A stretch of 64,000 nt of DNA from Treponemataceae bacterium (lineage in GTDB: Bacteria > Spirochaetota > Spirochaetia > Treponematales > Treponemataceae). The notes under the pieces are model-generated. The model did not search any database, was not told where the DNA came from, and was given only the letters and a program-made list of their open reading frames with translations. Every line of letters starts with the position of its first letter. Position 1 is the first letter of the stretch. The stretch lies in assembly GCA_024402435.1 (NCBI GenBank), contig JAKSTU010000007.1, positions 2,819 to 66,818 of the forward strand, in the 5' to 3' direction. Below, in pieces: positions 9,919 through 16,905 of this stretch. Made by a program: the position numbers and the translations under genes.

Positions 9919-10752
9919 TCAGTGCTGAAGCAGTTCTTTGAACATGCGGAGACTGGTGGGCAGGTCTTTCATTCCTTCAAAAACCAGCAGTGCGTCAGGA
10001 ACACGTTCTGCAATTTTGGGCAGCATTTTGTCCCAACCCATGATGCCGTCTTTCATGCCTACTTCAACAAGAGTTCCGTCTGAAGCCACATTGAAATCCT
10101 TGATGTGGAAAACAGCGATTTTGTCCCCGAAACGGTCAAGGCATTCGTCCAGAAGGTCAAAGCGGGATTCGTAATTCTTTTCGTAAAGATAGTTGAAAAT
10201 GTCTACAGTTACGCGGATATTGCCGTTGTCCAGTGCTTTGACCATCCGCTCCATCTGTGCCGGACAGTACATGCAGTGTCCCCAAGCGCCTTCAAGCGTA
10301 AGATATGTGCCTGCTTCTTTTGCCACGTCTGCAAGAGGACGGAAAACTGAATAAACATCCTCAAAACCTTCTTCAGTCTGGTTACGGGGATTGTATGTCC
10401 ATGGCTCGTCATTGTAACTTCCAGTTTCGCTTGCAACGAATTTTGCACCGAAAAGGGGAGCTTTCCGAAGATGGTCTGCAAACTTTGCGGCTCCGGCACG
10501 AACTTTGTCTTTGTTTGAATGAACAGGATTGAAGTAGGCTCCCAAAAGGGGAACTTCTACACCATGGGCGTTGAACCCTGCACGGATTTCTTTGCAGACT
10601 TCTTCTGTCATTGTGTCAGGTTCGCCGTCCTGACCGGCAATGGCTTTTGCAACGGCAAGCTGAACGCCGTCAAATCCCAGGTCATGGATTTTCCTGCCCA
10701 AATCATCTGCTGTAGAAAGTCCCACGTCATGGGGACGGATACAAAGTTTCAA
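9919..10752 (-). CDS. sugar phosphate isomerase/epimerase (xylose isomerase-like TIM barrel)
   Basis: Family pattern (GFDGVQL..., LTLEGAWGHC..., VFHIKD). The ORF-track start 10764 contains the GGAGG itself. A TTG at 10752, 5 nt after GGAGG, is the more likely start, but this is uncertain. Confidence 0.75.
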   Translation of the reverse strand: MKLCIRPHDVGLSTADDLGRKIHDLGFDGVQLAVAKAIAGQDGEPDTMTEEVCKEIRAGFNAHGVEVPLLGAYFNPVHSNKDKVRAGAAKFADHLRKAPLFGAKFVASETGSYNDEPWTYNPRNQTEEGFEDVYSVFRPLADVAKEAGTYLTLEGAWGHCMYCPAQMERMVKALDNGNIRVTVDIFNYLYEKNYESRFDLLDECLDRFGDKIAVFHIKDFNVASDGTLVEVGMKDGIMGWDKMLPKIAERVPDALLVFEGMKDLPTSLRMFKELLQH

Positions 10753-10773
10753 AATAACCTCCAAGTGTCATAA

Positions 10774-11205
10774 TCAGTTGAAATTGTTGTTTATGCGTAC
10801 AAGCAGATCGTAAGCGGTCTGCAGCTCTTCCCGGGAAAGCCCGTTGCAGCAGCGCTGGTTCAGCAGTGCGGAAATGTTCGCCGTTGCAGCCGTGTACTCG
10901 CGCCCCTTGTCCGAAAGTTCGATGAACGTTACCCGGTTGTCCGTATCACTTGGAACCCGGCGCACATAGCCTTCCTGTTCCAGCTTTTTTACCAGTACAG
11001 TTGCAGTGGATTTGTCCCGGTTTATCTGGCGCGCAAGTTCTCCCATGGAAAGCCTGTCGCATTTTGAAAGCCGGAAAAGAATATTCCCGTGGGAAGAAAC
11101 CAGTTCCGGAAGCCCCTGTTTTTTGAGTTCTTCCCTCAAAAACGAAGAAGTTCCGGCGTGAATCTGAGAAATCAGCGAAGTAATGTTGGAAACGTCATCT
11201 TTCAC
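10774..11205 (-). CDS. MarR family transcriptional regulator
   Basis: Winged-HTH pattern MGELARQINRDKSTATVLVKKLEQEGYVRRVPSDTDNRV. GTG start with a weak RBS, so the start is uncertain. Confidence 0.85.
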   Translation of the reverse strand: MKDDVSNITSLISQIHAGTSSFLREELKKQGLPELVSSHGNILFRLSKCDRLSMGELARQINRDKSTATVLVKKLEQEGYVRRVPSDTDNRVTFIELSDKGREYTAATANISALLNQRCCNGLSREELQTAYDLLVRINNNFN

Positions 11206-11259
11206 CCTTCAAGTATAGCGGGACTGGGAAAAATATGCAATTTTTGATTTCTGGTCACT

Positions 11260-12678
11260 TCAGAACTTCCATTGCAGGGACATGTCTCCGCTAAAAACTG
11301 ATTTGGCCGACAAAGCGGCTTTTGCTTTTATCTGCAATCCGTTGTGAGTTACGGAAACCTGGGCGGACAAACCTGCAAAATCCGCTTTTGTTCCTGAGTC
11401 CGCAATTGAAAGACTCAGGATGAATTTGTCACAGTTTTTGAAGGACAGTGAAAAATCCGTGCTGACAACGGGAAAAGTTTTTCCGCTGCTGCCGATTTTT
11501 CCGCCCCCGAAGTCGCAGCCTGCATTCAAAGTAACAGTTCCTTTGTTCCAGACTGCAGAAGTTTCAGCCTTTGTTTTTCCCGCCCATCCGCTCAGTTTCC
11601 ATGTTTCGGAAAAACTTGCTTTCAAATAAAAGGGCAGGTCATGAAGGTTCTGCAAATTCTGGGAAGAAATGTCAGAAATTTTTCCGGACAAAGACAGGTT
11701 CCGCTCTTTCTGTACGAGTTCTGCACTCACTTGGGCTGAATAAAGCCATAAGTTTGGGGCGGCAATACTGCTTCCGATGCGCAGATCCGTACCGGCAGCA
11801 GCACCGAAGACAAAAACCGTTTCTTCTGTTACCGGTAGTGAAAACTCAGAAGCAATGCCTGCTTTGAAAAGACTGCGCACAAAGGTTCCGCTTGCTTTGC
11901 AGAAATCCCTGTCAGACACAAAAACCATTCCTTGAACCGCCGCAAAGCTGTTCCTGAAAAATCCGCGGCTTGTAAAACAGAATTGGGGAACAAAACCCGG
12001 CCGCCATGAAACATCTCCGCTCTGAAAAATCATCGCCTGCTTTTTGCCGCTTTTCCATTCGCCCTGCAGAGCAATTCCGCCGTTTGTAACCAATCCTTCC
12101 CTGACGCAGAACCGGCTTGTGTACCAGTTGGTGGAAGTTTTGGGCGCCAAAGTTGCCAGTCCAAGAAAACCGCTTCCTTTGTATGACAGAAGCCCGGAAG
12201 TTTTGGCGGCAGAACCGGTTTGCCCTGAAAAACCTGTGCAGATTCCGCAAAGTTCAGGAAGTTTTTCGGCAGATTCCCATTCAGAACAGAATGCCGCTGC
12301 AGAAAGTTCAGTTTTTCCCAAGTTTGTTTTGAATCCGGTTACAGCAGAAAAAGATTTTTCAGTTTCTCCTGGTGCGGGAACAGCGGCTGTAAGTGCGGAC
12401 GAAAATGCGGGCATTGAATCACTTGGAGAAGGCAGCGAAGGTTCCGGGTTTTTTGCACGGGAAAAGCTTCCTCCCAGTGACAAACTTCCTGCAGCTGCGA
12501 AAAAATCCCTGCACTCAAATTTCAAAGCCCAGTTTTTCAGTTCAGGCGTTAAAAAATCAGCAGTAAGGTCAAAAATCAGTTTTGTTCCGGCCTTTTCTGC
12601 GGAAAAATCAGCTCCTGCAATTCCTGAAAGAGATGCAAAAATGCCTGCAGAAAGCAAAATTGTGCGAAAAAAATCCAT
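11260..12678 (-). CDS. secreted beta-rich hypothetical protein, putative outer-membrane protein
   Basis: An internal ATG at 12678 gives the signal peptide MDFFRTILLSAGIFASLSGIAGA. The C-terminus ends ...SLQWKF (terminal Phe). The upstream 44 codons of the track ORF translate a T-tract regulatory region. Confidence 0.65.
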   Translation of the reverse strand: MDFFRTILLSAGIFASLSGIAGADFSAEKAGTKLIFDLTADFLTPELKNWALKFECRDFFAAAGSLSLGGSFSRAKNPEPSLPSPSDSMPAFSSALTAAVPAPGETEKSFSAVTGFKTNLGKTELSAAAFCSEWESAEKLPELCGICTGFSGQTGSAAKTSGLLSYKGSGFLGLATLAPKTSTNWYTSRFCVREGLVTNGGIALQGEWKSGKKQAMIFQSGDVSWRPGFVPQFCFTSRGFFRNSFAAVQGMVFVSDRDFCKASGTFVRSLFKAGIASEFSLPVTEETVFVFGAAAGTDLRIGSSIAAPNLWLYSAQVSAELVQKERNLSLSGKISDISSQNLQNLHDLPFYLKASFSETWKLSGWAGKTKAETSAVWNKGTVTLNAGCDFGGGKIGSSGKTFPVVSTDFSLSFKNCDKFILSLSIADSGTKADFAGLSAQVSVTHNGLQIKAKAALSAKSVFSGDMSLQWKF

Positions 12679-12700
12679 ACATATTTTTTTTATGTGTTTT

Positions 12701-12766
12701 ATCGCAAAAAAATCAAAAAATCGGCTCGAAATTTGAAAAAAATCAAAAAAAATCAGGAAAAATCCC
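12701..12766 (-). promoter_or_regulatory. phased T-tract array (five GATTTTT(T) units on the coding strand) upstream of the 11260-12678 gene
   Basis: The minus strand reads GGGATTTTTCCTGATTTTTTTTGATTTTTTTCAAATTTCGAGCCGATTTTTTGATTTTTTTGCG. The core GA-T8-GA-T7-CAA recurs at 23172-23230. Confidence 0.6.
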
Positions 12767-12826
12767 GAATGTTGCCATTCACATAGTTTTTTATGTAAAA
12801 TCGTTTTCATAAAGTTTGAATATCAG

Positions 12827-12844
12827 GCTGAATTTAAATTCAGC
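12827..12844. promoter_or_regulatory. perfect 18-bp palindrome GCTGAATTTAAATTCAGC in the divergent control region (operator candidate)
   Basis: Read directly from the sequence. An extra half-site AATTCAGC is at 12863-12870. Confidence 0.55.
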
Positions 12845-12879
12845 ATTCATCATATTTTAGAAAATTCAGCAAAACGACA

Positions 12880-12903
12880 GTAACACTTTCTGCCCGCCGG
12901 CGT
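12880..12903 (+). promoter_or_regulatory. candidate ECF-type promoter (GTAAC-N16-CGT) upstream of the ECF sigma gene
   Basis: GTAAC at 12880-12884, a 16-nt spacer, then CGT at 12901-12903, about 30 nt before ATG 12934. This matches the generic AAC-N16/17-CGT ECF pattern. Confidence 0.4.
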
Positions 12904-12933
12904 GTTGAATAATTCGACAGGGTACAATAGAAG

Positions 12934-13437
12934 ATGGAAAAAAACGTACAGACACTGACAATGGAAAACTTTTCCGCCGTGTATGAGAAATTCGGGCCTC
13001 TGGTTCTCCGGCGCTGCAGATATCTTCTGCATGACGAAGACAAGGCTCTTGATGCAATGCAGGATGTTTTCCTTCGGGTTCTTGAAGCCCGTACAAAATT
13101 GACCGAAGTTTGTTCAAGTTTCTTCTATACTACAGCCACTCGCGTTTGTCTCAACAAAATCAGATACGATTCAATCAGAGTGGGTCCTTCAATTGATGCC
13201 CTGACGGTAGAAATTGCAGACAATGCAAAAGCTTTTCACGAAGACATTACGGACGCTTCTCTTGTTCTGGATGTAATTTTTGACGGAGAAAAATCTGATA
13301 CCCGTGAAATGGCAGTAATGCATTTTGTTGACGGCTACACTTACGATGAGGTGGCCGAAAAAATGCATTATTCAAAAAGTGGAGTCCGCAAACGGCTTAA
13401 GGCTTTGCAGACTCGCGCACAAAAGGCAGGAAAATGA
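12934..13437 (+). CDS. ECF-type RNA polymerase sigma factor (sigma-70 family, regions 2 and 4 only)
   Basis: 167 aa. Region 2 LVLRRCRYLLHDEDKALDAMQDVFLRV. Region 4 HTH VDGYTYDEVAEKMHYSKSGVRKRLKAL. Confidence 0.9.
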   Translation: MEKNVQTLTMENFSAVYEKFGPLVLRRCRYLLHDEDKALDAMQDVFLRVLEARTKLTEVCSSFFYTTATRVCLNKIRYDSIRVGPSIDALTVEIADNAKAFHEDITDASLVLDVIFDGEKSDTREMAVMHFVDGYTYDEVAEKMHYSKSGVRKRLKALQTRAQKAGK

Positions 13438-14306
13438 TTATGGGACAGAGACAGCGGATTCTGGAAGAAGTTTGTGCCGGAGAAATCGAAAATCCCGGTT
13501 TCTCACAGGAAGAAATTCAGGCTGTAAAAGCTTCTGATGCTGAAATACTGGACAAATACCCGGCAGATGCAATAAAAGCGGCATTGGCTGCAAAACTTGC
13601 GGAATCTGCGTCTGACAGTTCGGAAAAAGTTGTTTCACAGACGAAGCCGCGCATTCTGCACTTTGGTGTGGTACAGCGTGTGCTTGTGGCCGCTGCCGCA
13701 TTTTTGCTGGTTTGCGTGTCGCCGGTTCTGATAAAGAATCGTGGTGGCAGCAGTATTGCAGAAAATGCTTCAACCGCAGCTGTTCAGGAAGATGTTTCCG
13801 GCGTACGCGTAAAGGGCGGTTATTCTGCTGCAACACAGAATGCTCAGAAACTGCTTGGTATTCAGACAAGCAGCGGCCCCCACATGTATATCTATAAAAA
13901 AGACGGTTCCATTGCAACGCGTCTTTCAAACCGGGAAACAGTTTCTGAAGGCGATGTTGTTCAGGTGAGCTACAATGCTGCCGGAGCCAGTTACGGAGCA
14001 ATTCTTTCAATTGACGGAAACGGTTGTGTCACACAGCATTATCCCCAGTCAGGTTCAAAATCCGTACAGCTTGTTCAGGGTGAAGAAATCGCTTTGCCCC
14101 AGGCTTATCAGTTTGATGATGCTCCTGATTTTGAGCGCTTTGTATTCATTACTTCTGATTCTGCATTCACTGTGGACAGAATCTATTCTGCCGTTTCCCG
14201 CGATATTTCAAAAAATCAGCTGATGCTTGCAGATCTTTCTGCATATCTGCCGGCTGGAACCAGTGTTTCAGAACTGGTACTTCTTAAATCTGGAGACAGA
14301 AAATGA
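13434..14306 (+). CDS. single-pass membrane protein, putative anti-sigma factor with an extracytoplasmic DUF4384-like beta domain
   Basis: ATGA overlap with the sigma gene. Central TM helix VLVAAAAFLLVCVSPVLI. C-terminal domain ...GDVVQVSYNAAGASYGAILSIDGNGCVTQHYP...FERFVFITSD. No HxxxCxxC zinc motif. Confidence 0.6.
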   Translation: MIMGQRQRILEEVCAGEIENPGFSQEEIQAVKASDAEILDKYPADAIKAALAAKLAESASDSSEKVVSQTKPRILHFGVVQRVLVAAAAFLLVCVSPVLIKNRGGSSIAENASTAAVQEDVSGVRVKGGYSAATQNAQKLLGIQTSSGPHMYIYKKDGSIATRLSNRETVSEGDVVQVSYNAAGASYGAILSIDGNGCVTQHYPQSGSKSVQLVQGEEIALPQAYQFDDAPDFERFVFITSDSAFTVDRIYSAVSRDISKNQLMLADLSAYLPAGTSVSELVLLKSGDRK

Positions 14307-16738
14307 AAAAGACATTGAATAATATTGTTTCAAAAAAAATTGCTTTTGTCCTGCTGACTGTTGCCGCACTGACGGTGTTTCCTCTGAATGTTTTTGCACA
14401 GTCCGGTGCCGTTGAACGCTACGCTCTCTATATTGCATCCAACGCCGGCGGAGAAGGCCGCGAAACATTGCGCTATGCCGGAAGTGACGCAGAAAAACTT
14501 GCTTCCACAATGATTGAAGTGGGCGGCGTAAAAAAACAGAACAGTTTTGTGCTGATTGATTCCTCAAAAGAAGAAATTGACGGCGCACTTGAAAACATTT
14601 CTTCCATTATAGAGCACAGCAAATCACGGGCACGTCGCACTGAATTCCTTTTTTATTACAGCGGTCACTCTGATGAAAATGCTCTTCTCATGGGTGAAGA
14701 ATCCTACAATTATTCAGAACTGAAGCATGCAATCAGTGCAGTTCCAAGCGATGTTCATGTTGTAATGCTGGATTCCTGCTTTTCAGGAAACTTTATCCGT
14801 GCAAAAGGCGGTACCTTTCAGCCGTCTTTCCTGACAGACGACTCAACTGTTGTTCAGGGACACGCATATCTTTCATCCAGTTCTGAAAGCGAATCCTCTC
14901 AGGAATCTGATTCAATCGGGGCATCCTTCTTTACACATTCCGTAGTAAACGGACTCCGCGGTGCTGCAGATATTTCAGGCGACAATAAAGTTTCTCTCAA
15001 TGAACTTTATTACTATGCTTTCAACGACACTCTTTCCCAGACGGAAACAAGCGCTGTGGGACCTCAGCATCCTTCATACAACATTACATTGGTCGGTTCC
15101 GGTGACCTGATTCTTTCTGACCTGACTCAGGCTGATTCAATGCTGATTTTTCCGCCGGAAGCAAACGGACGTTTCTTTGTGCGTACAATCGAAGGAAAAC
15201 TGGAAGCAGAAATCAACAAAGCTTACGGAAATCAGATGAGTCTGGCACTTCCTTGCGGATATTATTCAGTGACTGTGGTCGGAAACGATTCTACAAGTCA
15301 GACACTGGTGCGCCTGGACAAAGGAACTACCCAAGTTCTTAATCTGGTGAACCTGCGTCAGGTGCCGCTTACTGCAACTACTGCACGCGGTTCTTCTTAT
15401 TCCGATGCAAGTGCTTCAAACAATCAGAATGCAGTGCAGAATGCCAACAATAATCCGGTTCAGACAGTGGAAAATAATCCGAAAATCTCCGTTGAACCGA
15501 ACATCAACGTGAATATTGATATCGGTAGAACTTTTTCTGACGGCACTTCAATTTCTGCCGGAAAGCGCATTGATTACAGAACCGGCGAGACACAGGATGT
15601 GGTCCGTATCAGCGCTGACAATCCTTTCTTCGACGTTGATGTTGAAATGATCAACGAAGCCGATATGATTCAGCTTGGTGAAGAAATGGGCTTTGAAAAT
15701 GTACACTTTACTCCCCTGATTGTTTCTCCTTTCCCCGGGCTCTATTTTCCAGGCGGTGACTCTGCATTCCTTTCTGTAAGCGATTTTATGGCCACTCAGG
15801 AAAACATTCTGGGTATTCAGGCTTCAAGCTGGATGAATACTGTCCGGAACAGACTTGTGGGAATTCAGGTCAGCAGTTTCATGAACATTCTTCAGGGAAC
15901 TGGTGCAGGTGCTCAGGCAACCGGCTTCATGAACATTGCAAAAGGACACTTCGACGGTATTCAGGGTTGCGGTTTCATGAATATTGCAAGCGACACGACA
16001 AAGGTAATGCGCGGTATTCAGGCTTGTGGTTTCATGAACATTGCAAGTGCCGGTATAGCAGGTGCTCAGGTTTCCGGTTTCATGAACATCAGCGGAAACA
16101 ATGCTTCGGGCGCAGGCGGATTCCAGGGAACAGGATTCATGAATATTGCAGGAAACTTTGACGGTGTTCAGCTTGGAACAATCAATATCGGAAAAAATGT
16201 CCGCGGTGCACAGATCGGTATTGTAAACATTGCAAAAAGTGTTTCAGGTCCCACATTGGGTCTTGTAAACATTATTGAAGACGGCATCAAAAACTTCTCC
16301 ATCTTTTGGGACGGTGATGATACCTTCTTCCAGTACCAGGGCGGAACTGAATATTTCTTTACTACTTTCATGGTGGGAAACAAAGACGGTTTCGACAGTG
16401 ACAATGTAGTTTTCGGTGCCGGTTTCGGTTTCCGCTTCGGATGGAATTTGCTCAACTTTGATGTGGAATTCCTCGGAAAAACTTTGGTTGATCCGACAGT
16501 TGTCAACAATAATTATGATTTTGGAGAGCAGATTGTTCCTTCATTGCGTCTGTCTGCAAACTTGTGGGCTGCAAAACACTTCGGTGTTTTCTGTGCTGTG
16601 AATGCAGATTTTGCAAACATGAACTCAACCAACCGCTATAAAGATTACTGGAAGGAAAGCGATAATTGCGTAAAAATTGATTTGGGCAATGATCCTTGGA
16701 AAATGCGCATTTCAACTTCTTTCGGAATCAACTTCTGA
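14303..16738 (+). CDS. secreted caspase-fold (peptidase C14) protein with a PEGA-like domain, about 10 short repeats and a Phe-terminated C-terminal module
   Basis: ATGA overlap with the previous gene. Signal peptide ...TVFPLNVFA/QSG. Catalytic dyad contexts FLFYYSGHSDE (His) and VVMLDSCFSGNF (Cys). LPCGYYSVTV is PEGA-like. Repeats G-x-Q-x-x-GFMNIA. Ends ...SFGINF. Confidence 0.85.
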   Translation: MKKTLNNIVSKKIAFVLLTVAALTVFPLNVFAQSGAVERYALYIASNAGGEGRETLRYAGSDAEKLASTMIEVGGVKKQNSFVLIDSSKEEIDGALENISSIIEHSKSRARRTEFLFYYSGHSDENALLMGEESYNYSELKHAISAVPSDVHVVMLDSCFSGNFIRAKGGTFQPSFLTDDSTVVQGHAYLSSSSESESSQESDSIGASFFTHSVVNGLRGAADISGDNKVSLNELYYYAFNDTLSQTETSAVGPQHPSYNITLVGSGDLILSDLTQADSMLIFPPEANGRFFVRTIEGKLEAEINKAYGNQMSLALPCGYYSVTVVGNDSTSQTLVRLDKGTTQVLNLVNLRQVPLTATTARGSSYSDASASNNQNAVQNANNNPVQTVENNPKISVEPNINVNIDIGRTFSDGTSISAGKRIDYRTGETQDVVRISADNPFFDVDVEMINEADMIQLGEEMGFENVHFTPLIVSPFPGLYFPGGDSAFLSVSDFMATQENILGIQASSWMNTVRNRLVGIQVSSFMNILQGTGAGAQATGFMNIAKGHFDGIQGCGFMNIASDTTKVMRGIQACGFMNIASAGIAGAQVSGFMNISGNNASGAGGFQGTGFMNIAGNFDGVQLGTINIGKNVRGAQIGIVNIAKSVSGPTLGLVNIIEDGIKNFSIFWDGDDTFFQYQGGTEYFFTTFMVGNKDGFDSDNVVFGAGFGFRFGWNLLNFDVEFLGKTLVDPTVVNNNYDFGEQIVPSLRLSANLWAAKHFGVFCAVNADFANMNSTNRYKDYWKESDNCVKIDLGNDPWKMRISTSFGINF

Positions 16739-16742
16739 AAGT

Positions 16743-16770
16743 GAAATCCATGTCTACGGATTTCAGTTTT
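16743..16770 (+). terminator. weak intrinsic terminator candidate after the caspase-fold gene
   Basis: GAAATCC-ATGTCTAC-GGATTTC followed by AGTTTTAT. Confidence 0.4.
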
Positions 16771-16905
16771 ATACCAATGAAGAAACAGCGGGCTGGAGCG
16801 TAGAACGGAAAGATGTTGCTTTGTGCCTTGCACAACCGCAAACATCGCTTTCGGCCACGCGTAAGCCCGCTGTTTCAAAAAAACTGTGCCAAATCCGGCA
16901 GCATC

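Noticed and set aside
9070-10083. 337-aa plus-strand ORF.
   Set aside because: It lies entirely antisense to the well-supported response regulator and isomerase genes. It has Phe/Cys/His-rich, low-complexity composition, no RBS and no recognisable motif. This is a typical shadow ORF.
12679-12810. N-terminal extensions rich in FFDFF motifs in two track ORFs (11260-12810 and 21975-23327), which could suggest a shared protein motif.
   Set aside because: The similarity comes from translating the shared T-tract DNA motif. Both proteins have proper signal peptides starting at internal start codons: ATG 12678, and TTG 23129 with AGGAGG.
13434-14306. The 290-aa protein next to the caspase-fold gene considered as a bacterial gasdermin.
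   Set aside because: It has a classical single mid-protein TM helix and is translationally coupled to an ECF sigma gene. It shows no resemblance I can recognise to gasdermin N-terminal domains. Anti-sigma topology fits better.
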